Positions 13,290 to 27,225 of a DNA stretch of 64,000 bases are shown piece by piece (position 1 is the stretch's first letter; every line of letters begins with the position of its first letter). Below the pieces are notes generated by a model. The model was given only the letters and a program-made list of their open reading frames with translations. It did not search any database and was not told where the DNA came from. This DNA is from the human T2T-CHM13v2.0 reference genome, Homo sapiens: NCBI RefSeq assembly GCF_009914755.1, contig NC_060928.1; one strand, 5' to 3'. A program made the translations under genes and the position numbers.

Positions 13290-16121
13290 AACATCATATA
13301 TCAATATTAACCTTGAATGATAATAGGTCTAACAATCCAAATTAAAAGTCACAGAACGCCAATTTGTATTTTTTTTAAAAAAAAAAAGAGGATCCCTTCA
13401 TCTTCTGACTTCAAGAAATCCATCGCACACATAATGACACCCATAGACTCAAAATAAAGAGTTGGATAAAGATCTATTATGAAAATGGAAAACAAAAAGG
13501 CAGGGGTCACTATTCTTATATCAGAAAAAAATAGACTTTAACTAACAACAGTAAAAAAGGACAAAGAAGGGCATTACACAATGATAAAGGGCTCACTTCA
13601 ACAAGAAGACTTAACTTTCCTAAATATATACACACCCAACGTTGGAGCACCCAGATTCATAAAACAACTACTTTAGAAATATGAAAAGACTTAATAACAT
13701 TATAATAGTGAGGAAAGCCCTATTCAACACCCCTCTTACAGCATTAGAGAGATCACTGAGGCAGAAAATTTACAAAGAAATTCTGGACTTAAGTTTGATA
13801 CTTCACCATTTGGACCTAATGGGCATCTACAGAATACTCCATCCATCAACCACAGAATATACATTCTTCTCATTTGCACACAGAACGTACTTCAAGACTG
13901 ACCAGATGCTCACCATAAGGCAAGTCTCGATACATTAAAAAATCAAAACAATACCAACCATACTCTCAGATCACAGTAGAATAAAACTAAAAATCAATAA
14001 CAAGAAGATCTCTCTAAACCACATAATTACATGGAAATTAAACAACTTGCTCCTGGATAACTTTTGGGTAAAGAATGAAATTAAGTCAGAAATCAAAAAC
14101 TTATGTGAAATAAATGAAAACAGAAACCCAACATACCAAAATCTTTAGGATGCAGCAAAAACAGTGTTAAGAGAAAAGTTTATAGTGCTAAGCACCTACC
14201 TCAAAAAGTTAGAAAGATCTCAAATTAATAATCTGAGAGCAAACCTAGAGGAACTAGAAAAGCAAGAACAAACTAACCCCAAAGCTAGCAGAAGAAAATA
14301 ACTAAAATCAGGTCAGAACTGAACAAAACTTATGTCCCAGAATCTTCACAAAGACTCCATGAAATCAAAAGGTATTTTTGAAAGGATAAACAAGATCAAT
14401 AGACCACTAGCTACATTAACAAGAGAAAAAGAGAGAAGATGCAAATATCCACAATTAGAAATAACAAAGGTGACATAATATCTCACAGAAATACAGAAGA
14501 TCCTCAGAGGCTATTATAAATACCTCTATACACACAAACTACAAATTCTAGAGGAAATGAGTAAGTTACTGGAAACACACAGTCTCACCAGGTTGAATCA
14601 GGAAAAACTGAAACCATGAACAGACTAATATTGAGTTCTGAAATTGAATCAGCAACAAAATCCTACCAACCAAAAAAAGCCATAGACTGGATGGATTCAC
14701 AGCTGAATTCTACCAGACATACAAAGAAGAGCTGGTACCAATTCTACAAAAACTATTCCAAAACATCAATCAAAGAGGAGGGACTCATTCCCAACATATT
14801 CTATGAAGCCACAATTATCTTGATACCAAAAGCTGGTGAAGACATGAAAAAAAGAGAAAATTACAGGCCAATATGCCTGACAAATATAGATGCAAAAATT
14901 CTCAACAAAATACTAGGAAATCAAATCTAACAGCACATTACAAAGTTAATTCATCATGATCACCTAGGCTTAATTCCTGGGATGTAAGGTTGGTTCAACA
15001 TATGCAAATTAATAAATGTCATTCACCGCATAAACAGAATTAAAAACAAAAACCATATGGTCATCTCAATAAATGTGAAAAAGTCTTCATTAAATTCTAA
15101 CATCCTTTCATAATAAAAACCCTCAAGAACTTAAGCACTGAAAGAGCATGCTTGAAAATAATGAAAGCCATCTATGACAAACCCATGGGCAACATCATAC
15201 TAAGTGGGCAAAAACTGGAAGCATTTCCCTTGAGAACTGAAACAAGAATGTCCACTCTTACCACTCCTGTTCAACATAATACTAGAAGTGCTAGCCAGAG
15301 CAATCAGGCAAGAGAGAGAAATAAAAGGCATCCAAATAAGAAAAGAAGTCAAACTATCACTCTTCACAGATGATAAGTATTTTAGAGACCTAAAAACCCC
15401 TAAAGATTCTGCCAAAAGGCTGGGGAACTGATAAACAACTTTAGTAACATCTTAAGATACAAAATCAGAGTACAAAAAACAGTAGCATTTTGTTGCACCA
15501 ATAACATTCAAGCTTAGAGCCAAATCAAGAATGCCATCTCATTCATAATAGCCACAAAAACATAAAATAAAATACCTAAGAATAAATCTAACCAAGAAGG
15601 CGAAAGACTTCAAGGAGAAGTACAAAACACTGCTAAAAGAAATCATAGATTACACAAACAAATGGAAAAAATATTCCATGCTCATGGACTGGAAGAATCA
15701 ATAACGTTAAAATGTCCACAACATCCAAAGAAATCTATAGATTCACTGCTATTTATATCAAACTACCAACTCATTTTTCATGGAACTAAAAAAAACTGTT
15801 CTAAAATTCATATGGAACCACAAAAGCCCAAATAGCCAAAGCATTCCTAATGAAAAAGAACAAAGCCAGAGGTATCACATTACCTGACTTAAAACTATAC
15901 TAAGGCTACAGTAACTAAAAACAGCATGGTGCTTGTACAAAACAGACACATAAATAAATGCAATAGAATATAGAATCCAGAAATAAAGCTGTACACCTAC
16001 AGCCATCTGATCTTCAACAAAGCCAACAAGAATAAGAAACAGGAAAAGTAATTTTCTATGCAATAAATGGTGCCGGGATAGCTGGCTAACCATATGTAGG
16101 AGACTGAAACTGGACCCCTAC
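13290..16121 (+). pseudogene. Disrupted L1 ORF2 (endonuclease/reverse transcriptase) of the L1PA15/16 copy
   Basis: ORF-track fragments 13681-13938 (FNTPLTALERS, YTFFS), 14616-14930 ([20 protein letters not shown]) and 15152-15373 ([15 protein letters not shown]), with many stops and frameshifts. Confidence 0.9.
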
Positions 16122-17583
16122 TGTATTAATCCATTCTCACACTGCTATAAAGAACTACCTGAGGACAAAAAAGTATTGGATGTGGCGGATGGGAGGCAAG
16201 AATAGATTGCAGCTCCAACTCAGATGGACAGAGAAGTGTGTGGAGGCTTGCATCATGAATTTTAGATCCAGAACAAATGCAGGAATAAATCAGGAAACAT
16301 GAGAGGACCCAAAGACCCTCTGAAGGATGCAGACTGCTCCTGCACAATCTGGGAGACACACCAAATATTGTAAGTGTGCAAACTGTGGAAGTGGGAAAAA
16401 GAGGTTGTCCACCCCTGAACACACACCTCCACTGGGGAAACTGAAGGTCTAGTTTACAGGAGAAGATTCTGACCTTACCTGGAGCTGAGTCAATTTAGAC
16501 AGCCAAGCGAAATACAGGGGTAGAAGAAGCAGTGGGAAAGGTCTGGTGAGCTCACTGCATCCCCAAGCAGGCCACTGCTGCCTGGAATCACAGGGAACCT
16601 TCAGGAGGGTGGCCAGAGATGTGGGGAAAACACCACAGGGAGAAGGAAATCTCTAGCTGAACTTTGTAACAATTCAAACTGCTTGAGAAGGCTCCTAGCC
16701 ACAACTTGGGGGAGGGCATGAATCCAGCATCCAGACTTTGCAGGTAGGGGAAGAACTAAAGCCCTACTTTCTGTTGCAGCTAGGAGGCAGGTATCCTGGG
16801 GCAAGTTCTCAGCCCTGCTTGCCCACTGCCAGGAAACAGACTTGGTGCTCATAGGAGAGGCATGGTGGGAGTGAGACCAGCCCTTCAGATTGTGTGGGAG
16901 CTGGGTGAGGCCTGTGGCTGCCAGCTTTCCCCCACCTCCCTTACAAACAGCATGACTCAGCAGAGGTAGTCATAATCCTTGTAGGAACATAACTCCATTG
17001 ACTGGGCACCTCACCCCCATCCTCCACAGCAGCCACAGCAAGACCCACCCAAAGACAGTCTGAGTTCAGACACTCCTAGCCTTGCCCCCACCTGATGGTC
17101 CTTCCATACCCAACCTGGTAACTGAACACAAAGGACATATACTCTTGGGAGTCTAAAGCCCCACTCTCTGCCTTCTCCATAGTATGACAGCTGATGCTAT
17201 CTGGAAAGCACCATCTCCCAGCAGGAGGCCGATCAGCATAAAAATAGAGCATTAAATTACCAAAGTTAAGAACCCTCACAGAATCCATTTCACCCACCAC
17301 CACCTGCAGCAGAACAGGTGCTGGTATCCACCGCTGAGAGACCCATAGACCATTCACATCACAGGACTCTGTGCAGACAATCCCCAGCACCAGCTCAGAG
17401 CCTGGTAGACTTGCTGGGTGGCTAGATCCAGAAGAGAGATAACAATCACTACATCTTGGCTCTCAGGAAGTCACATCCATAGGCAAAGGGGAAGGCACTA
17501 CATCAAAGGAACACCCCGTGGGACAAAAGAATCTGAACAACAGCCTTCAGCCCTATAACTTCATTCTGACAGAGCATACCCAA

Positions 17584-18600
17584 ATGAGAAGGAACAGAAA
17601 ATCAACTCTGGTAATATGACAAAACAAGGCTCTTTAACACCCCCCAAAAAATTACACCAGCTCACCAGCGATGGATCCAAACCAAGAAGAAATCCCTGAT
17701 TTACCTGAAAAAGAATTCAGGAGATTAGTTGTTAAGCTAATGAGGGAGGCACCAGAGAAAGGTGAAGCCCAATGCAAGGAAATCCAAAAAGGAATACAAG
17801 AAGGGAAGGAAGAAATATACAATGGAATAGAAGGCATAGATAAGAAACAATCAAAACTACAGGAAACACTGGACACACTTTAGAAATGCAAAATGCCCTG
17901 GAAAATCTTGGCAATAGAATTGAACAAGAAGAAGAAAGAAATTCAGAGCTCAAAGGCAAGGTCTTCAAATTAACCCAATCCAACAAAAAGAAAGAGAAAA
18001 GAATAAGAAAGTATGAACAAAGCCTCCAAGAAGTCTGGGATTATGTTAAAGAACCAAACCTAAGAATATTTGGCATTCCTGGGGAAGAAGAGAAATCTAA
18101 AAGTTTGGAAAACAATTAGGGGAATAATCAAGGAAGACTTCCTTGGCCTTGATAGAGACCTAGACATCCAAATACAAGAAGCACAAAAAACACCTGGGAA
18201 ATTCATTGCAAAAAGATCATTGCCTAGGCACACTGTCATCAGATTAACTAAAGTTAAGACAAGGAAAGAATCTTAAGAGCTGTGAGACAAAAGCACCAGC
18301 TAACCTATAAAGGAAACCCATTACATTAACAGCAGATTTCTCAGCAGAAACCCTACAAGCTAGAAGGGATTGGGGCCCTATCTTCAGCCTCCTCAAACGA
18401 AATAATTAGCAGCCAAGAATTCTGTATCCAGAGAAATTAAGCATCATATATGAAGGAAAAACAGAGTGTTTTTCAGAAAAACAAATGCTGAGAGAATTCA
18501 CCACTACTAACCCACCACTACAAGAACTGCTAAGAGAAGCTCTAAATCTTGAAACAAATCCTGGAAACATAACAAAACAGAACCTCTTTAAAGCATAAAT
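17584..18600 (+). pseudogene. Disrupted L1 ORF1 of L1PB1
   Basis: Fragments 17671-17883, 17886-18119 (YEQSLQEVWDYVKEPNLRIFGIP) and 18070-18276 (IQIQEAQKTP...PRHTVIRLTKV). Confidence 0.9.
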
Positions 18601-18676
18601 CTCACAGGACCTATAAAACAAAAATAAAATTTAAAAAACAAAAACAAAAAATCAAGGTACACAGGCAACAAACAGC

Positions 18677-20650
18677 ATGATGAATGGAATGGTACCTCAC
18701 ATCTCAATACTAACATTGAATGTAAATGGCTTAAATGTTCCATCTAAAAGATACAGGACTGCAGAATGGATAAGAATTCACCAACCAACTATCTGCTGCC
18801 TTCAAGAGACTCAACTCACACATAAGGACGCACATAAACCTAAGGTAAAAGAGTGGAAAATGGCATTTCATGCAAATGGACACCAAAAGTGATCAGGAGT
18901 AGTTATTCTTATGTCAGACAAAACAAACTTTAAAGAAACAGCAGTTAAAAGAGACAAAGAGGAACATTATATAATGGTAAAAGGCCTTGTCCAACAGGAA
19001 AATATCACAATCTTAAACATATATGCACCTAACACTAGAGCTCCCAAATTTACAAAACAATTACTAATAGACCTAGAAATGAGATAGACAGCAACACAAT
19101 AATAGTGGGGAACTTCAATATTCCACTGACAGCATTAGACAGACCATCAAGACAGAAAGTCAACAAAGAAACAATGAATTTAAACTATACCTTGGAACAC
19201 CTGGACTTAACAGATATATACAGATATTTCATCCAACAACCAGTGAATACACATTCTATGCAGCAGCACATGGAACTTTCTCCAAGATAGACCATATGAT
19301 AGGGCACAAAACGAGTTTCAATAAATTTTAAAAAATTAAAATTATATCAAACACTCTCTCAGACCTCAGTGGAATAAAACTGGAAATAAACTCCAAAAAG
19401 AACCTTCAAAACTATGCATACACATGGAAATTAAATAACCTGCTCCTGAATGATCACTGGGTCACAAATGAAACCAAGATGGAAATAAAAAATTTATTCA
19501 AACTGAACAACAATAGGGACCCAACCTATCAAAACCTCTGGGATACAGCAAAGGCAGTGCTAACAGGAAAGTTCATAGCCCTAAACACCTACATTAAAAA
19601 GACTGAAAGAGTACAAACTGACAATCTGAGGTCACACTTCAAGGAACTAGAGAAATAAGAATAAAACAAACCCAAACCCAGCAGCAGAAGAAAAATAACC
19701 AAGATCAGAGCAGAACTAAATGAAACTGAAACGAAAAAATACAAAAGATAAATGAAACAAAGGGCTGGTTCTGCTAAAAAATAAATAAAATTGACAGACC
19801 ATTCACAAGATTAACCAAGAAAAGAAGAGAGAAAATCCAAATAACCTCACTAAGAAACAAAGCGGGAGATATTACAACTAACACCACAGAAATATAAAAG
19901 ATCATTCAAGGCTACTATGAACATCTTTACATGCATAAACTAGAAGATCTAGAAGAGATGGATACATTCCTGAAAAGATACAACCCTCCTAGCTTAAATC
20001 AGGAAGAATTAGAGACCCTGAACAAACCAATAACAAGCAGCAAGTAACTTTTAAATTACTTTGTAATTTTTGTAATTGTAAAATTGTACTTGTAAAAATT
20101 ACAAGTAAAAATTACAAGCAAAAATTGTACTTGTAAAAATTACAAGTAATTTTTAAATTACCAACAAAAAAAGTCCAGGAGCAAATGGATTCTTGGCAGA
20201 ATTCTATCAGAAATTCAAAGAATTGGTATCAATCCTTTGGCACTATTCCACAAGATAGAGAAAGAGGGAACCTTCCCAAAATCATTTGATGAAGACAACA
20301 TCACCATAATACCAAAACCAGGAAAGAACATAGCCAAAAAATAAAACTATAGACTGATACCCCTGATGAACATAGATGCTAAAATCTTTAACAAAATACA
20401 AGCTAACCAAATCCAACAACATATCACTATGGAAAACAATGTGGAGATTCCTTAAAGAACTAAAAGTATAACTACCATTTGATCCAGCAATCCCACTACT
20501 AGGTATCTACCCAGAAGAAAAGAAGTCATAATATGAAAAGGATACTTACACATGCATGTTTGTAGCAGCACAATTCGCAATTGCAAAATTGTGGAAACAA
20601 CCCAAGTGCCCATGGGAACCATCAATCAACAAGTGGATAAAGAGATTGTG
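18677..20650 (+). pseudogene. Disrupted and deleted L1 ORF2 of L1PB1
   Basis: 18677-18892 HISILTLNVNGLN...ICCLQET (APE endonuclease start) and 19105 GNFNIPLTALDR. The sequence jumps from early RT to the C-terminus at ~20426. Confidence 0.9.
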
Positions 20651-20652
20651 AG

Positions 20653-20691
<39 letters not shown>

Positions 20692-21444
20692 GGAATACTA
20701 CTCAGTCCCAAACAGTAATAAACTAATGGCATTTGCAGCAACCTGGATGAAACTGGATACTATTATTCCAAGTGAAGTAACTCAGAAATGGAAAACCAAA
20801 CATCATATGTTCTCACTGATATGTGGGAGTTAAGCTATGAGGACACAAAGGCATAAGAATGATACAATGGAGCTTGGGGACTTTGGGGGAAGGGTAGGAG
20901 GGGTTCAGGGGATAAAAGACTACAAATACAGTGCAGTGGATATTGCTCAGGGGATGGGTGCACCAAAATCTCACAAATCACCACTAAAGAACTTACTCAC
21001 ATAACTAAACACCACCTGTACCCTAATAACCTATGAAAAATAAAAAAATTTAAAAAAACTACCTGAGACTGGGTAATTTCTGAAGAAAAGAGGATTTACT
21101 GACTCAGAGTTCTGCAAGCTGTACAAGAAGTATGGCTAAGAGGCCTCAAGAAACTTACAATCATGGCAGAAGGTGAAGAGGAAGCAAGCACGTCTTACCA
21201 TGGCAAAGCAGGAGAGAGAGAAAGAGAGAGAGGGGACAAAGGGGGAGATGCCACACACTTTTAAACAATCAGATCTTGTGAGAACTCACTGTCATGAGAA
21301 CATCAAGGGGGAAATGCACCCCAATGATCCAACCCACTAGGCCCCTCCCCTGAAAGACGGAGATTACAATTCAACATGAGATTTGAGCGGGGACACGGAG
21401 CCAAACCATATCATTCTGTCCCTGGCCCCCTCCAAGGCTCATGT

Positions 21445-22246
21445 CCCATGAAAGCAGCTGGGAGGGAGGTTGTACCCTGCAAAGCCACAGGGATGGAGCT
21501 TCCCAAGACCATGGGAACCCGCCTCTTGCATCAGCATAACCTGGATGTGAGACATGGCATCAAAGCAGATCATTTTGCAGATTTAAGATTTGATTGCCCT
21601 GCTAGATTTCAGACTTGCATGGGCCCGATAACCCCTTTGTTTTGGCAAATTTATCTTATTTGGAACGGCTGTATTTACCCAATACCTGTACCCCCATTGT
21701 ATCTAGGAATTAACTAGCTTGCTTTTGATTTTACAGGCTCATAGGTGTAAAGGACTTGCTTTGTCTCAGATGACTTTGGACTGTGGACTTTTGGGTTAAT
21801 GCTGAAATGAATTAAGACTTTGGGGGATGTTGGGAAGGCATGATTGGTTTTGAAATGTGAGAACATGAGATTTGGAGGGGCCAGGGGTGAAACAATATGA
21901 TTTGGCTGTGTACCCATCCAAATCTCAACTTTAATTGTATCTCCCAGAATTCCCAAGTATTGTGAGAGGGACATAGGGGGAGGTGATTTAATCATGGAGG
22001 CTGATCTTTCCCGTGCTATTCTTGCGATAGAGAATAAGTCTCACAAGACCTGATGGGTTTATCAGGGGTTTCCGCTTTTGCTTCATCCTCATTTTTCTCT
22101 TGCCACTACCGTGTAAGAACTGGCTTTTGCCTCACACCATGATTCTGAGGCCTCCCCAGCCATGTGGAACTATGAGTCCAATTAAACCTCTTTTTGTTTC
22201 CAGTTTCAGATATGTCTTTATCGCAGCATAAAAACAAACTAATAAA
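21445..22246 (+). mobile_element. 5'-truncated THE1A (3' internal ~450 bp plus LTR ~21892-22246), opposite to the host MSTA
   Basis: Internal CCATGAAAGCAGCTGGGAGGGAGG...GGAGGGGCCAGGGG polypurine tract, then an LTR with the THE1A-type TTATCAGGGGTTTCCGCTTTTGCTTC. Confidence 0.85.
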
Positions 22247-23303
22247 ACAAGTTAGTTACTTCCAAAATACAATGGGGGTACAGGTATTGGGTAAATGTTC
22301 CCATTCCAAATGGGAGAAAATAGCCAAAACAAAGGGGCCACAACTCCATTTCAATACCCAGCAGGGCAGTCATTAAATCTTAAAGCTTTAAAATAATCTC
22401 TTCTGACTTCGTGTCTCACACCCAGGGCACATTGATGTAAAAGGTTGGCTCCCAAGGCCTTGGGCAGATCCACCCATGTGGCTCTGCAGGGTACAGCCTC
22501 CATGGCTGCTTTCAGTGGGTGGCATTGAGTGCCTACAGCTTTTCCAGGCACACAGTGCAAGCTGTTGGTGGATCTACCATTCTAGCATCTTGAGGATGGT
22601 AGCCCTCTTCTCATAGCTCCACTAGGCAATGTCGCAGTGGGAATTCTGTGTAGGGCACTGCCCTAGTAGAGGTTCTCCATGAGGACTCCAACCCAGCAGC
22701 AAACTTCTGCCTGGACATCCAGGCATTTCCACACATCCTCTGAAATCTAGATGGAGGCTCCTAAAATCTTGCCTTCTGTGCACCCACAGGCCTAACACCA
22801 CATGGAAGCCACCAAAGCTTGGGACTTGCATCCTCTGAAGCAATGGCCTGAGCTGTACATTGCTCTCTTTTAGTCACAGCTGGAGCTGCAGTGGCTGGGA
22901 TGCAGGATGTCATATCCCATGGATTCACAAAGAAGCTGGGCACTGGTCCTAGCCATTGAAACCATTTTTCCCTCATAGGCCTCTGGGCCTGTGTTGCGAG
23001 GGGTGCCGCAAAGGTCACTGACAGGCCCTGAAGATATTTTCCCCATTGTCTTGGCTATTAACATTCAGCTTCTCTTTATTTGTGCAAGTTTCTGAAGATG
23101 GCTTGAATTCCTCCCCAGAAAATGGGTTTTTCTTTTCTACCACATGGTCATGATACAAACTTTCCAAACTTTTACGCTATGCTCCTCTTTTAAGCATAAA
23201 TTCCAATTTCAGATTATCTTTTTGTAAATGCATATGACTGTATGCTGTTAGGAACAGCCAGGTCGAATCTTGAACACTTTGCTGCTTAGAAATTTCTTCC
23301 ACC

Positions 23304-23652
<349 letters not shown>

Positions 23653-24541
23653 CTACATATCTCTAGGGCAGGGGCAAAATGCCAACAGTTTCTTTGCTAA
23701 AGCATAGCAAGAGTGACCTTTACTCCAGTTCCCAAGAAGTTCCTCATCTCCATCTGATACAACCTCAGCCTGGACTTCATTGTCCATATAACTCTAAGCA
23801 TTTTGGTCAGAACCGTTCAACCAGACTCTAGGAAGTTCCAAACTTTCCCACATTTTGCTGTCTTCTTTTGAGCCCTTTAAACTGTTCCAACCTCTGCTTA
23901 TTACCAAAGTCACTTCCACATTTTCAGGTATCTTTATAGCAATGCTCCACTCCTGGTACCAATTTCTGTATTAGTCTGTTCTCACACTGCTATAAAGAAC
24001 TACCTGAGCCTGGTAATTTCCAAAGAAAAGAGGTTTAATTCACTCACAATTCTGTAGGCTGTACAGGAAGCATGGCTGGGAAGCCTCAGGAAACTTACAA
24101 TCATGGAGGAAGGTGAAGGGGAAGCAAGCACATCTGACCATGTCAGAGCAGGAGAGAGAGAGTGTGTAAAGGGGAGGTGCCACATACTTTTAAATGATCA
24201 TATCTCATGAGGACTCGTTCACTATCACAAGAACAGCAAGGTGAAAACCACCGCCATAATCCAATCATCTCCCACCAGGCCCCTCCCCTGACACATGGGG
24301 ATTACAATTCGAGATAAGATTTGGGTAGGGACACAGAGGCAAATCATGTAACATACTTTTCATCATATAAAAAAATTAACTCATGGTGGATTAAAGATTT
24401 AAGAATAAGACTTCAAACTATAAAAGTCCTGGACACAAGCCTTGAGAAAGAATTTATGACTAAGTTCTCAAAATTAATGGCAACAAAAAGAATCATCAAT
24501 AAGTGGAAACTAATTAAACTAAAGAGATTTTGCACAGCAAA

Positions 24542-24815
24542 CTGTAATCCTAGCACTTTGGGAGGCTAAGGCAGGCTTGAGCCCAGGAATTCAAGACCAG
24601 CCTGGGCAACATAGTGAGACACCACCTCTACAAAATATAACAATAATAAATAGCCAGGCAAGGTGGTGCACACCTGTAGTCCCAGCTATTTGGGAGGCTG
24701 AGGTGGGAGAATTTCTTGATCTCAGGAGGTTGAGATTTCAATGAGCCACAATTGCACCACTGTACTACATCCTGGGTGACACAGTAAGACCTTGTCTCAA
24801 ACAAACAAACAAAAA
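24542..24815 (+). mobile_element. AluJ (5'-truncated) in L1PA15/16 ORF2
   Basis: GCTTGAGCCCAGGAATTCAAGACCAGCCTGGGCAACATAGTGAGAC is AluJ-type; (CAAA)n tail. Confidence 0.9.
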
Positions 24816-26319
24816 CACATGCATAAACCAAAAAAGAGAAGCTATCAACAGAATAATCAGACAATCTAAAGAATGGCAAAAATATTAGCAAACTATGCAT
24901 CTGGCAAGGGTCTAATATTCAGAATCTGTAAGAAATTTAAACAACTGAACCAGCAAAATACAAATAACCCCATTAAAAAATGAGCCAAAATCATGAACAG
25001 ACAATGCTCAAAACTAGACACAGAAGCAGCCAACAAAGATGATAAAATGTTTCACATCGCCAGTCATCAGAGAAATGCAAATCAAAACCACAATGAGACA
25101 CTATCTCACACCAGTCAGAGTGGCTATTATTAAAAAGCCAAAAAACAACAAATGCTGGTAAGACTGCGAAGAAAAGGGAATGCTCATATACTGTTATTGG
25201 GAATGTAAATTAGTTCAGCCACTATAGAAAGCAGTTTGAAGATTTCTCAAAGAAATTCAAACAGAACTACCACATGACCCAGAAATCCCATTACTGGGTA
25301 TACATCTAAAAGAAAACAAATCATTCCACCAAAAAGACACATGCACTTGCACGTCCACTGCAGCACTATTTACAGTAGCAAAGACATAGAATCAACCTAG
25401 GTGCCACATCAATGGTGGACAGGATAATGAAAATGTGGTACATATCCACTGGGGAATAATACACTGCCATTAAAAAGAACAAAATTATATATTTTATAGC
25501 TACATGGATGCAGCTGGAGGGCATTATCCTAAGCTAATTAATCCGGGAACAGAAAACTAAATATTACATATTCTCACTTATAAATGGAAGCTAAACACTG
25601 AGTGCTCATGGACATAAAGATAGCAACAGTAGAAACTGGGTACTACAATAGGATGGAGGGAAGGAAGGGGAAGGAGATGAAAAACCTACTATTGGGTTCT
25701 ATGCTCGGTACCAGAGTGATGAGATCATTCATACGCCAAACCTCAGCATCACACAACATACCCAGGTAACAAACCTGCACATGTATACATGTACCACCTG
25801 AATCTAAAATAAAAGCAGAAAACAATAAAAATTTAAAAATAAAAGGCATGGCTATAAACAATCAGAGGTAGGACAGATATAATTATCCTCACATCTCAGA
25901 ATAACAAAGACAATCAGAGATGACTTGCCTGAGAAAGTATCCTTTGGTTCCACTACTCTTCAACAATGGTGTGCTGGGAATTGCACTCAAAGCTTGTCTA
26001 TACTTAGGCATACCATGTTGAAATCAAACTGTTGTCTGTTCCTGTATCAATTAGCATAGGATAATGGCCTCCACAGCCTGATTGCTTTCAGATAAGGCAT
26101 GTAATGTCTGTTTCATGGATGATCAGGACCAACCATCAGCCATGCCTGGTCTCCTTGATTTCCTTGTGTTTTCTATCCTTAATACTTATTCATCTTTACC
26201 AAAGCTTGTTTGTATCATTTTTCCAAAGAGATCCAGTGTAGTGGGTTTAACTGCTTTATTGTAAGACTTAAAAAAATTAAAAGGTGCTTAGAAGCCTCTT
26301 GGCTCAGGACTCCAATGTT

Positions 26320-26535
26320 GAAATCAGTCATTTGATGAGTACCTGCTATATATGCCAGGTGCCTTAAAAACATTCATCTTACTAAACCCTAATAATAATG
26401 ATGAAATGTGGGGTTATTATCCTATTATCCTAATTAAGCAAGAAAAGAAGCCAAATCTCTGGAAAGTCAAGTGACTTCCTTACATGTGCACAGCTACTAG
26501 GTAGCAATGCCAGGATTTGAACTCAGATCCTTCCC
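26320..26535 (-). mobile_element. MIR SINE
   Basis: GTCAAGTGACTTCCTTAC...CACAGCTACTAGGTAGCAATGCCAGGATTTGAACTCAG. Confidence 0.7.
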
Positions 26536-27225
26536 TTATGCTATATTTCCTCTATAGTTAGCTTTGTTGTCTAGATAGCCAAGAACTTGTGTTCTGATTC
26601 AATATTCGCATATTCACCAAGAGTATTCATATAATTCACAATATTCACCAAGAGTAACCTAAAACAATAAATGATGCAATCATTTCGCTTCAGATAAGTC
26701 TCATAATCCTCAAAATTGTCACTGCCTAGTATCTGTCATATTGGCTAAAAGATCAGTCACATAATTACATCATAAAACCTGATCTCATACCTGGGCTGCC
26801 TATTTTCTAAAAAGGAGACAGTCAAATGTACTTGATATTCAAACAAAGCATAGGCATCACTTGCTCTTCTCTTGCCATTAAACCACTGTGGTTCTCATCA
26901 TCAGCAACTATCATCAATTCAGGAAAATGTGACCCTGGCTGACAAGGAGATCCAGCTAATGAAGCTCTCAATGAGAGTTGAGTGTGCTTGGTAGATATGA
27001 AATGCAGACAGGGAAAATTGGTACTTTTAACTAATGCTGGTAAGAGCATAAGAACAGTTTGGTAAAACTGATTGAAATTATAAATATAAAAGCATTTAGA
27101 CCCATGGAACACAAGTATAGAATTATGTATTTATCAAGATATCATTGTAACATTGTTTGTGGGAACAAATGTTGGAAACCATTAAAAGGTCCGTCCAAAG
27201 AAAGCAAGTTAAATAAAACACAATA

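Larger units (their letters stand above)
16164..21056 (+). mobile_element. L1PB1-type LINE-1 with intact 5' UTR and a large internal ORF2 deletion
   Basis: 5' TGGCGGATGGGAGGCAAGAATAGATTGCAGCTCC and 3' CACCAAAATCTCACAAATCACCACTAAAGAACTTACTC...CTATGAAAAATAAA. TSD AACTACCTGAG at 16153-16163 and 21057-21067. Confidence 0.92.

Noticed and set aside
13290-20650. RT/endonuclease fragments as an active or domesticated gene
   Set aside because: Numerous stops, frameshifts, insertions and a large deletion; no long ORF is retained.
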